Assembly (NCBI RefSeq): GCF_036971445.1
Contig: NC_091478.1
Location: 95,852,001-95,916,000 of the forward strand
Source: Narcine bancroftii
Lineage: Eukaryota
Direction: 5' to 3'
DNA length: 64,000 nucleotides
A program made the position numbers and the translations under genes. This document shows, one piece after another, positions 39,501 to 48,800 of the stretch; positions within the stretch are counted from its first letter, which is position 1, and every line of letters begins with the position of its first letter. A model generated the notes under the pieces. The model ran no database searches, was not told the DNA's origin, and saw nothing but the letters and a program-made list of their open reading frames with translations.

Positions 39501-42500
39501 CATTTTTGGGAGGTATGTCACATTTTTAAATTATTCTGATTGCAGATATTTTTTGGGTTGGTTTAATTGAAATGAAAATTGGGTTGTTCCTGCCATTTCA
39601 TGGAGTAATTTATTTTAAAGGCAATTTTATAACTGCCAATTTTACTGTTCTAGTGTGATCCAAGTTGACCTGTACTCCAGATTACCCTCCTGCCATTGTC
39701 CTGTGTCATATTTCCCTTACAAAAATGTATCCACATAAATCTTTTTTTTAAAAAAATTAATTTAACCATCAGACTCTGAGTACCCTAACTGAAATCTAAA
39801 TTTAGAAGAGCTGTCAATTGAAGCAAAAGTTATAGCCTGACATAGTTGTACTTGAAAACCATGCCTTACAGACAACGTGCCTGATGAATCCCTGGGTACA
39901 CTAGTTTAATTTATTTATCATTTTATATCTAATACAGCATCAAGGATTCTCATATAAAAGACAAAAATTTCTGTTTATTTTTATTAAGTGACGACATTGT
40001 TTAACGGGTTGAACTTTAAATAAATGGGAAGGGGGGTGAGGGAGGGAGGGAAGGGAGGGGGGAAAAGGGGAGATTGAACTTTAAATAAATGGGAAGGGGG
40101 GTGAGGGAGGGAGGGAAGGGAGGGGGGAAAAGGGGAGAAAATGACACTGTATATATTCAAGAGGAAAAATGTCTATGTATTTTGGTCAGTATGGTTTATA
40201 GTGTGAAAAATAAAAAAAAATTTTAAAAAAAGGATTCTCATATGAGCAATATAACCGGTTAAATCCATCATTCCAATTTATTGTCAGAGTACATACATGA
40301 GATTCTTTTTCCCGCAGGTGCAGCAAAATTATCACTAATTGGTAGTGCCAAAAAAAACTATACATAGCATATACAAAGAACAGTAATCACAGCGAATGTA
40401 AACAAAAAATCCAATGCAGAGAATAAAAAAGAAAATCAATAAAGTGCACGAGTAGGAGTTTTTAAATGAATCTCTGATTGAGTTTGTCGTTGAGGATTCT
40501 AACCCTAACCCCAATGTTCCTGAACCTGGTGGTGTGAGTCTTGTGGCACCTATACCTCTTTCCTGATGGCACCAGCGATAACAGAGTAAGTGTTGATGGT
40601 GTGAGTCTTTGATGATTGCTGCCACTGTCTGACAGCAGTGTTCCATGTAGATGTATTCAATATTCCATAGTAGGCTATGTCCATTACCTTTTGCAGGGGT
40701 TTATGCTCAGGGGTATTGGTGTACCCATACCAGACCATGATGCAGCCAGTCAACATACTTTCCACCACACCTCTATAAATTTGCCAGGGTTTCTGGTGTC
40801 ATACCAAACTACCACAAACTCCTGAGGAAGTAGAGGCTCTGACGTGCTTACCTCACAATGCCATTAGGTGTGTTGGGTCCAGAAAAATCCTCCAAGACAG
40901 TGACTCTCAAGAACTTAAATTTACTACCTCTGATTTTCCCCCCTGATCACTGGATTGTATGCCTCTGGCTTTCCTTTCCTGAAATCAATAATTAGCTCCT
41001 TTGTTTTGGTGACATTCAGTGCAAGGTTGTTGTTGGTGCACCATTCAGTCAAGTTTTCAATTTCCATCCTGTACACTGACTCATCTCCTTCTTTTATACA
41101 ACCCACTACCGTGGTATCGTTGTCAAAGTTGTAGATGGTGGTGTTGTATTGAGCCATGCAATCATAGGTGTAAAGTGAGTAGAGCATGGGACTAAGGACA
41201 CAGTGTGCTCCGGTACTGATGGAGATTATAGAGATGTTCTTACCAAGCTTCATTAATTGTTGTCTGGAGGTGAGGAAATCCATGATCCAATTACATAGTG
41301 GGGTGTTAACTCTCAGGTCTTGAAGTTTGCTGATCAGTTTTAAGGGGATGGTGTTAAATGCCTAACTTTAGCCGATAAAGAGCCATATAAAGTAGAAAAA
41401 TGAGTGCAATAGAGCCACAATCAAGAAAAAGGATCAATTAGCACCAAGCATGTGTGCACTGTTGTGGAGTCATTCAGGAGGCTGATGACTGCAGGGAAGA
41501 AACTCTTTTAAGCCTGTTGGTGTGTGCTTTTGCACACTTGAGCCTTTTCCTGAATGAGAAGAGAGAGAAGAGTGTGTGTCTGGGATGTGATAGGTCCTTC
41601 AGTATGTTGTCTGCCTTTCCTCGGCAGTAGGAGATGTAGATGGAGCCCATGGAGGAGAGGGAAGTTTGTGTGATGTTCTGAGCTGCATTCACCACCTTCC
41701 ATGACTTCTTCTGATCTTGAGCAGAGCAGCTCCTGACCCACTCTGAGATGTATCCAGCAAGTATGCTTTCAATGGTGCACCTGTCATGGTTGTTGAAGTT
41801 CAAGGGGCACATGTAGAACTTCCTTACTATTCTAAGTAGAGGTGTTGGTGCTCTTTCTTCACCATCTTGATCCAGTTCAGGTTACTGGAGGTGTTTATTT
41901 CCAAGAACTTAAAGCTATCTACTCTTTCCATTTGACCCACTTGACTCTCCATCCATCATCCTAAACACTCACCCTCTGTTGCCATTCATCAGTGGCTACA
42001 TTATGCTGACTACAAAATTCACTTCATTTATTCCCTTCAGGCACTCTAATGGCACCTCCAAATCCATGATTTCCTCCATCCACAAAAACAGGATCAGTAG
42101 CATGCATACTCAACTACTTGTAACTTTCCTCTCCAATGGTCATGTATTCAGATGTGCAAATATTGCACTGTATCTCCATTATCATTGTGTCCAGATCCTG
42201 CAATGCCCTACCCAAGATTATTATGGGAGTACCTTCACCTGCAGTATTGTAGAGCTTCTTGAACATGGCTCGCCACCACTTACGGCTGGACTAGCAATGC
42301 CAAGATATTGAAAATTAGTAAACAAATAAAATCATCACATTCTGACACAAACCACTTAAAATTGCATTTCTGCTCAGTGTGTTGATATCAGCCAATGTAT
42401 TGTAGGCTGTAAGACTTTACAGCAAAAAATGTATTTAAGCAGGACTTCTTTAGCTCACCAGAATTAAGACAAAGAAATGAGTGGCATGTTCTCATCTCGG

Positions 42501-43731
42501 GCAGCACGGTCAACACCTTTACAGCACCAGAGATAGGGACTTGGGTTTGAATCCCCCACTGTCTATAAGGTGTTTGTCTGTTCTCCCTGTGTGCGCGTGG
42601 GTTTTCCCCAGTGGCTCTGATTTCCTCCCACCATTTGAAGTGTATTGGGGGTGTAGGTTAATTGGGTGTAAATTGGGCAGCGCAGGCTCATGGGCCGAAA
42701 TGGCCAGTTACTATGCTGTATGTCTAAATTTTTTTAAACTATAAACTTTGCGTGCAGAATTAGTCCATTCTTGCAACAGTGGTTGATGGAGGAATTCTCA
42801 TCCTAATTTCTCTTCTGACTGGGTTCCTCAAGAAATATTGACTACCAGGACCTTGACTAACAGTGACCTCCATAATTATTGACAGACCAAGTTCAAATTT
42901 GTCACATGTACCAATATGCAATCATAGGTTGTTTTGTAAGTAGAACAGTTGGACATCTGATGCACAGTACAAGACACAATACAGAAGTACAGAGTTACAG
43001 GGAGAGATCAGTTAGAATTGAACAAAGGCAACATTATTTTACTATTGTGAGGTTAATTCAGGAGTATGATAATGGTAGGTAAGTCAGTCACTCCAGAGGG
43101 GGATGTTGTAGGATCACCAAATCTGAAAGGAAGTTTAAGGGTAGAGCTAGTAATCTTCAAAGTATTAGGGGAAGGATAGAAGAGTAGGGCAGTGGTAAAC
43201 ATAAAAGAAGATCTGGGAGTAGCTTGCAGTGTTGCCATGCTTCAACACCAGTTTGTTGTGTGGCTTAGTGGGTGGAATAAAAATCTGGTGAGGAACTGGG
43301 AAAGGGCTGCACTTTTGGAAATGCTGTCTTTCAGCTGAGATGCTAAACCAAAACTACCAGCCCGCTGCTTGGCACTAAATTGTGGTCCCTGCCTAGCATC
43401 CTGGTTGATCTTTAACTTGGGTTATCATTTTATCCAGAAATGACATTTTTCAGAATATCCTTTCAGGAAGCTTGCTAAGTGTGCATTGGCTGCCACAGTT
43501 ATGACATGCTGATATGATGTGAGTATTTCATAATTTGAAGTTGTTTTAGATGTCAAATCTGCTTTGCAAATGCAAGTCTTTCACTCGTTAAATGTTGTGG
43601 AACCTGTTTTTGTATCTTTAGGAGCTGCTGCTCAGGAGGCCATCAAGATCATCACAAAGCAATTTGTACCATTCAACAATACCTTCATTTACAATGCCAT
43701 GTTGCAGACATCAATGACTGTGCGACTGTAG
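14182..43731 (+). CDS. NAE1: NEDD8-activating enzyme E1 regulatory subunit (APP-BP1), complete 20-exon gene, 542 aa
   Basis: 20 GT-AG exons total 1629 nt, all phases consistent; matches the NAE1 family throughout ([66 protein letters not shown]). Confidence 0.97.
14392..16410. repeat. 39-bp minisatellite (tgtccaccccMctgtccctcYattaaatgggcacgtcSt)n, ~52 units, NAE1 intron 1
   Basis: Direct tandem repetition; 13-aa periodicity in the spurious ORFs. Confidence 0.97.
17318..17421 (+). CDS. NAE1: NAE1 exon 2 (104 nt)
   Basis: [34 protein letters not shown]; ag/gtaag. Confidence 0.96.
17506..17566 (+). CDS. NAE1: NAE1 exon 3 (61 nt)
   Basis: [20 protein letters not shown]; ag/gtgag. Confidence 0.96.
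19084..19114 (+). CDS. NAE1: NAE1 exon 4 (31 nt)
   Basis: [11 protein letters not shown]; ag/gtgaat. Confidence 0.93.
19959..20030 (+). CDS. NAE1: NAE1 exon 5 (72 nt)
   Basis: [24 protein letters not shown]; ag/gtgaac. Confidence 0.95.
20307..21102 (+). mobile_element. Internally deleted non-autonomous hAT (Charlie/SPIN/Buster-like) transposon
   Basis: TIR cores tgtcaaactca / tgagtttgaca; 8-bp TSD ctctagag (20299-20306) / ctctaggg (21103-21110); transposase N-terminus [17 protein letters not shown] joined to C-terminus [18 protein letters not shown]. Confidence 0.85.
21111..21665 (-). mobile_element. CR1-type LINE fragment (continues at ~20240-20298, split by the hAT element)
   Basis: Antisense CR1 RT-region motifs (cactccaaatgtggtctcacc, ctcacacttgtctgagttaaatgccatc). 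Confidence 0.7.
21948..22027 (+). CDS. NAE1: NAE1 exon 6 (80 nt)
   Basis: [27 protein letters not shown]; ag/gttagc. Confidence 0.95.
22140..22690 (-). mobile_element. Rex1/Babar-like LINE 3' fragment
   Basis: Similar to 8985-9335 and 37550-37990 (ggaggttcaagag...aactgttcttgaa...gaggttgtgacc). Confidence 0.6.
22915..23640 (+). mobile_element. Tc1-like transposon, left end and paired-like HTH region (truncated)
   Basis: ta|cagtg terminus; repeated ataatgtttgg motif (~22926 and ~23122, IR/DR type); translation [32 protein letters not shown]...[11 protein letters not shown]. Confidence 0.8.
24036..24145 (+). CDS. NAE1: NAE1 exon 7 (110 nt)
   Basis: [36 protein letters not shown]; ag/gtgag. 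Confidence 0.96.
24193..25133 (+). mobile_element. Solo LTR-like repeat, family A (contains a (GA)n tract at ~24495-24532)
   Basis: Reverse complement of copies at 30022-30960 and 56200-57178; ends ...ctgggctcataaca. Confidence 0.7.
25930..26039 (+). CDS. NAE1: NAE1 exon 8 (110 nt)
   Basis: [37 protein letters not shown]; ag/gtacag. Confidence 0.96.
26790..26852 (+). CDS. NAE1: NAE1 exon 9 (63 nt)
   Basis: [21 protein letters not shown]; ag/gtgcgt. Confidence 0.96.
27117..27365 (+). mobile_element. HE1/V-SINE-like element
   Basis: A-box-like ggtggcatagcggttagc head plus the shared core. Confidence 0.8.
28323..28386 (+). CDS. NAE1: NAE1 exon 10 (64 nt)
   Basis: [22 protein letters not shown]; ag/gtatgg. 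Confidence 0.96.
29422..29513 (+). CDS. NAE1: NAE1 exon 11 (92 nt)
   Basis: [31 protein letters not shown]; ag/gtacaa. Confidence 0.96.
30022..30960 (-). mobile_element. Solo LTR-like repeat, family A
   Basis: tattacaagcccagaggactcc...cctgtaaca; inverted relative to 24193-25133, colinear with 56200-57178. Confidence 0.7.
31204..31263 (+). CDS. NAE1: NAE1 exon 12 (60 nt)
   Basis: [20 protein letters not shown]; ag/gttgca. Confidence 0.94.
32174..32307 (+). CDS. NAE1: NAE1 exon 13 (134 nt)
   Basis: [45 protein letters not shown]; ag/gtatgt. Confidence 0.96.
33286..33361 (+). CDS. NAE1: NAE1 exon 14 (76 nt)
   Basis: [25 protein letters not shown]; ag/gtaagt. Confidence 0.96.
34372..34411 (+). 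CDS. NAE1: NAE1 exon 15 (40 nt)
   Basis: [14 protein letters not shown]; ag/gtaagt. Confidence 0.93.
35330..35490 (+). mobile_element. Penelope-associated repeat end with a hammerhead-like motif
   Basis: ctgaaga-a-ggac-tccg-gtct-gaaac followed by ctgctg...ctgagtttctc, a module that recurs on both strands in this window. Confidence 0.5.
35587..35673 (+). CDS. NAE1: NAE1 exon 16 (87 nt)
   Basis: [29 protein letters not shown]; ag/gtgag. Confidence 0.96.
36291..36383 (+). CDS. NAE1: NAE1 exon 17 (93 nt)
   Basis: [32 protein letters not shown]; ag/gtatgt. Confidence 0.96.
36720..37230 (+). mobile_element. Degraded Penelope-like retroelement ORF fragment
   Basis: Resembles the Penelope RT-thumb/linker region (ctggtcttcaccttccatcccaccagcctc; [10 protein letters not shown]); multiple frameshifts. 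Confidence 0.45.
37550..37990 (-). mobile_element. Rex1/Babar-like LINE 3' fragment
   Basis: Similar to 22140-22690 and 40270-41385. Confidence 0.55.
38865..38979 (+). CDS. NAE1: NAE1 exon 18 (115 nt)
   Basis: [39 protein letters not shown]; ag/gtacgt. Confidence 0.96.
39463..39512 (+). CDS. NAE1: NAE1 exon 19 (50 nt)
   Basis: [17 protein letters not shown]; ag/gtatgt. Confidence 0.96.
39956..40229 (+). mobile_element. 5'-truncated retroposed insert (L1-type 3' UTR) with A-rich tail and 14-bp TSD
   Basis: aaggattctcatat at 39942-39955 and 40230-40243; AATAAA plus A-tail; internal ~65-bp tandem duplication of a G-rich tract. Confidence 0.8.
40270..41385 (-). mobile_element. Rex1/Babar-like LINE (RT 3' half, degraded)
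   Basis: Antisense [15 protein letters not shown]...[11 protein letters not shown]...[23 protein letters not shown] and [14 protein letters not shown]. Confidence 0.85.
41474..41940 (-). mobile_element. Second Rex1/Babar-like LINE 3' fragment
   Basis: Antisense [15 protein letters not shown]...[20 protein letters not shown]. Confidence 0.75.
42499..42735 (+). mobile_element. HE1/V-SINE-like element
   Basis: B-box-like gggtttgaatccc and the shared core. Confidence 0.75.
43622..43731 (+). CDS. NAE1: NAE1 exon 20 coding part (110 nt, TAG at 43729-43731)
   Basis: [36 protein letters not shown]. Confidence 0.96.
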
Positions 43732-43826
43732 GACAGGAGCCCTACAGCTGCACGTGACAGCAGCAAGCCCCTGCACTTCTGGACTATTTTATGAAACAAT
43801 TTATGTCACAAAAATGTAATTAACTT

Positions 43827-43832
43827 AATAAA
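43827..43832 (+). terminator. Putative NAE1 polyadenylation signal AATAAA
   Basis: First canonical hexamer, ~95 nt after the stop. Confidence 0.6.
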
Positions 43833-44344
43833 TATTTGTTGAAATGTTCAGCACAAATTCACTCCAAAAGCAGTGGTGGGGAAAAAAAATCACATTAATG
43901 ACCTTTTTGAGATATTGGGCTTGGATATGTACTGTAACAGTTATCATTTAGTGAGGAACATTGTTGCTGGGGCAGAGAGTTGGTCTTGAAGTAACATTTC
44001 CCATGCATGCATTTCGAGACTGCTACTACTTAGTACTGTGCTGGATGCTACACTGTCTTTAGATAGAGTTAAACTCCCCCATTTGCTTGCAGAAAAGCTC
44101 TTCTCTCTGAGGAGTAGCAGGGAAGTTTTGCTTTGTTCCCTGCTCAATCTTTATTCCTTGACCAGTATTCCATATCTGATAAACAATCTTTGACTTGAAA
44201 TATTGACATTCTGGCACTGAATAGTTTAATTCTCCCCCCCACCCACCCCCCATTCTCTAATTGAATAATTCAATAAGATCTTAAACAATCTTTAATATTA
44301 GATATGATCAGCCTTACCAAAGCTAGAATTCATCACTAATCACC

Positions 44345-44742
44345 ATATAATCATATAACAATTACAACATGGAAACAGGCCAATTTGGCCCTTCTAGTTC
44401 ACACTGATCCAAATACTCTCCTCTCATCCCACCTACCAGCACCCTGCCCATATCCCTCCATCCCCCTCCCATCCATATACTCATCCAACTCTTTCTTAAA
44501 TGACAAAATTGACCCTGCCTCCACCACCTTTCCTGGAAGCCCATTCCACACAGTAACCATTCTCTGAGTAAAGAAGTTCCCCCTCATGTTACTCCTAAAC
44601 CTTTGCCGATCAACTCTCAACCCATGACCTCTTGTATCCATCTCTGCTACTCTCAATGGGAAAAGCCTTTCCACATCAACTCTATCTCATTATCTTAAAC
44701 CCCTCTATCAAATCCCCTCTCAGCCTTCTACGTTCCAAGGAA
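44345..44742 (-). mobile_element. CR1 LINE 3' end
   Basis: Antisense LFPL...TRGHGLRV...RGNFFTQRMVTVWNGLPGKVVEAGSILSFKKELDEYM; same subfamily as 50210-50600. Confidence 0.85.
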
Positions 44743-45654
44743 TTAGACATGAGGCACTATTTTGCACTGTAGTCCATGTGGTGATGTTCCAATGGTGCTG
44801 TTAGGTGTATTAGATTGAACAACATTGAAGGCACAATGCTGTAGGGTGGCATGAAATCTGGATGGGAAGATTATGGTGGTTTTCGAGTCCTCCTGCGGTC
44901 CTTGTACTTCTTTTGCGGATGCAAAATTGGAAAGTGATTTTGAAGAAACTGACAATTCACTGCAATCACTGTTTTGCTGGTGAGGAGCATGTGTTTTAAG
45001 GCAGTGGGTGTGTTGCCACTTTTCAGTTTGTATCACCTCTTATCCAATTCCACAGTGGCCTAAATATTTAATTGGCCTTGGGCAACCCTGCACATAAGAA
45101 ACAGCAAAAGCTATTTCACCTTTTCTATCATTTCATCAAGCTTGTGCCTGATCTACATCATTTTCCTATCTTATCCTCAAATCCTGCTTCCTTAAAATCC
45201 ATAAACATGGTCATGTCCCATGACTATGCCTCCATACCCCTTTGCTGGAGAGAATCCTGAAAGTTCTCCACACACGCTGTGTGCACAGCAATCGCTCCCA
45301 TTCTCATCGTTCCCCCTCTTGAAGAGCCATGAGAGGGAAATTCACAGAACCTATAACATTCAAAGAGCAGGCAGCTGAAAAACATGTTGCAGATGGAATG
45401 GAGAACCGAGCTCCCTGCCTCAGCGGATGGGGTGTTCTTTCTAGAGGCAAGATCTGGAGAAATTTCATCAGGGTGGTGAGTCTGGCAGCCTCTTCAGAAG
45501 GCAGAGAAGCTCAAGTTATTCTTTCCAATGATAAAGTAAAATATAACAACCAGATGGAGGGATTTGATCAGCCATGGAAGTGAGGGGCTGAATGGCCTTT
45601 TGCTGCTCCATTTTGTCATCTGTCTTGCCAAGCTTCAAAAGCACCAGGCTTTTG

Positions 45655-45890
45655 GACCAGCCCCGCCCATCTCCCGCACGCCACCGGCTACGACGTGCTG
45701 CGCGCTGATGTCAGCGCGCTCCGCCGGTGGGCCGTTTTTTTTTGGGTGCGAAGTGTTGGACGGCGGCGGAGTGGCCGTGAGAACGGCCGCTGTCCCACCC
45801 GTGCTGCTGGAGAGCAGGCCGGTTAGTTGGAAGGGTCTCGGGGAAGGAGCAGCCGAGGGTGGAGCGTCAGTGGGCAAGACGAGTGATGGG
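45655..45890 (+). promoter_or_regulatory. CpG island, putative TERB1 promoter / non-coding first exon
   Basis: Only dense CpG cluster between the NAE1 3' end and the TERB1 ATG exon; GC box 45661-45668, TCCCGC 45672-45677; assignment to TERB1 is inference. Confidence 0.6.
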
Positions 45891-48800
45891 TGAGGAGAGA
45901 GTTTGCAGAGTGAGGATTGAGGAGAGGAGTAAGGGTGAGGATTGAGGAGAGGAGTAAGGGTGAGGAGAGTTTGCAGAGTGAGGGTTGAGGAGAGGAGTAA
46001 GGGTGAGGAGAGTTTGCAGAGTGAGGGTTGAGGAGAGGAGTAAGGGTGAGGAGAGTTTGCAGAGTGAGGGTTGAGGAGAGGAGTAAGGGTGAGGAGAGTT
46101 TGCAGAGTGAGGGTTGAGGAGAGGAGTAAGGGTGAGGAGAGTTTGCAGAGTGAGGGTTGAGGAGAGGAGTAAGGGTGAGGAGAGTTTGCAGAGTGAGGAT
46201 TGAGGAGAGGAGTAAGGGTGAGGAGAGTTTGCAGAGTGAGGATTGAGGAGAGGAGTAAGGGTGAGGAGAGTTTGCAGAGTGAGGATTGAGGAGAGGAGTA
46301 AGGGTGAGGAGAGTTTGCAGAGTGAGGATTGAGGAGAGGAGTAAGGGTGAGGAGAGTTTGCAGAGTGAGGGTTGAGGAGAGGAGTAAGGGTGAGGAGAGT
46401 TTGCAGAGTGAGGGTTGAGGAGAGGAGTAAGGGTGAGGATTGAGGAGAGGAGTAAGGGTGAGGATTGAGGAGAGGAGTAAGGGTGAGGAGAGTTTGCAGA
46501 GTGAGGGTTGAGGAGAGGAGTAAGGGTGAGGAGAGTTTGCAGAGTGAGGATTGAGGAGAGGAGTAAGGGTGAGGAGAGTTTGCAGAGTGAGGGTTGAGGA
46601 GAGGAGTAAGGGTGAGGAGAGTTTGCAGAGTGAGGATTGAGGAGAGGAGTAAGGGTGAGGAGAGTTTGCAGAGTGAGGGTTGAGGAGAGGAGTAAGGGTG
46701 AGGAGAGTTTGCAGAGTGAGGATTGAGGAGAGAAGTAAGGGTGAGGAGAGTTTGCAGAGTGAGGATTGAGGAGAGGAGTAAGGGTGAGGAGAGTTTGCAG
46801 AGTGAGGGTTGAGGAGAGGAGTAAGGGTGAGGAGAGTTTGCAGAGTGAGGGTTGAGGAGAGGAGTAAGGGTGAGGAGAGTTTGCAGAGTGAGGGTTGAGG
46901 AGAGGAGTAAGGGTGAGGAGAGTTTGCAGAGTGAGGGTTGAGGAGAGTAGTAAGGGTGAGGAGAGTTTGCAGAGTGAGGGTTGAGGAGAGGAGTAAGGGT
47001 GAGGAGAGTTTGCAGAGTGGGGTTGAGGAGAGGAGTAAGGGTGAGGAGAGTTTGCAGAGTGAGGGTTGAGGAGAGGAGTAAGGGTGAGGAGAGTTTGCAG
47101 AGTGAGGATTGAGGAGAGGAGTAAGGGTGAGGAGAGTTTGCAGAGTGAGGGTTGAGGAGAGGAGTAAGGGTGAGGAGAGTTTGCAGAGTGAGGGTTGAGG
47201 AGAGGAGTAAGGGTGAGGAGAGTTTGCAGAGTGAGGATTGAGGAGAGTAGTAAGGGTGAGGAGAGTTTGCAGAGTGAGGGTTGAGGAGAGGAGTAAGGGT
47301 GAGGAGAGTTTGCAGAGTGAGGGTTGAGGAGAGGAGTAAGGGTGAGGAGAGTTTGCAGAGTGAGGGTTGAGGAGAGGAGTAAAGGTGAGGAGAGTTTGCA
47401 GAGTGAGGGTTGAGGAGAGGAGTAAGGGTGAGGAGAGTTTGCAGAGTGAGGGTTGAGGAGAGGAGTAAGGGTGAGGAGAGTTTGCAGAGTGAGGGTTGAG
47501 GAGAGGAGTAAGGGTGAGGATTGAGGAGAGGAGTAAGGGTGAGGAGAGTTTGCAGAGTGAGTGTTGAGGAGAGGAGTAAGGGTGAGGAGAGTTTGCAGAG
47601 TGAGGATTGAGGAGAGGAGTAAGGGTGAGGAGAGTTTGCAGAGTGAGGGTTGAGGAGAGGAGTAAGGGTGAGGAGAGTTTGCAGAGTGAGGATTGAGGAG
47701 AGGAGTAAGGGTGAGGAGAGTTTGCAGAGTGAGGGTTGAGGAGAGGAGTAAGGGTGAGGAGAGTTTGCAGAGTGAGGGTTGAGGAGAGGAGTAAGGGTGA
47801 GGATTGAGGAGAGGAGTAAGGGTGAGGAGAGTTTGCAGAGGTAGGGTTGAGGAGAGGAGTAAGGGTGAGGAGAGTTTGCAGAGTGAGGGTTGAGGAGAGG
47901 AGTAAGGGTGAGGAGAGTTTGCAGAGTGAGGATTGAGGAGAGGAGTAAGGGTGAGGAGAGTTTGCAGAGTGAGGGTTGAGGAGAGGAGTAAGGGTGAGGA
48001 GAGTTTGCAGAGTGAGGGTTGAGGAGAGGAGTAAGGGTGAGGATTGAGGAGAGGAGTAAGGGTGAGGAGAGTTTGCAGAGTGAGGGTTGAGGAGAGGAGT
48101 AAGGGTGAGGAGAGTTTGCAGAGTGAGGATTGAGGAGAGGAGTAAGGGTGAGGAGAGTTTGCAGAGTGAGGGTTGAGGAGAGGAGTAAGGATGAGGAGAG
48201 TTTGCAGAGTGAGGGTTGAGGAGAGGAGTAAGGGTGAGGAGAGTTTGCAGAGTGAGGGTTGAGGAGAGGAGTAAGGGTGAGGAGAGTTTGCAGAGTGAGG
48301 ATTGAGGAGAGGAGTAAGGGTGAGGAGAGTTTGCAGAGTGAGGGTTGAGGAGAGGAGTAAGGGTGAGGAGAGTTTGCAGAGTGAGGGTTGAGGAGAGGAG
48401 TAAGGGTGAGGAGAGTTTGCAGAGTGAGGGTTGAGGAGAGGAGTAAGGGTGAGGAGAGTTTGCAGAGTGAGGATTGAGGAGAGGAGTAAGGGTGAGGAGA
48501 GTTTGCAGAGTGAGGGTTGAGGAGAGGAGTAAAGGTGAGGAGAGTTTGCAGAGTGAGGATTGAGGAGAGGAGTAAGGGTGAGGAGAGTTTGCAGAGTGAG
48601 GGTTGAGGAGAGGAGTAAGGGTGAGGAGAGTTTGCAGAGTGAGGATTGAGGAGAGGAGTAAGGGTGAGGAGAGTTTGCAGAGTGAGGGTTGAGGAGAGGA
48701 GTAAGGGTGAGGAGAGTTTGCAGATTGAGGAGAGGAGTAAGGGTGAGGAGAGTTTGCAGAGTGAGGATTGAGGAGAGGAGTAAAGGTGAGGAGAGTTTGC

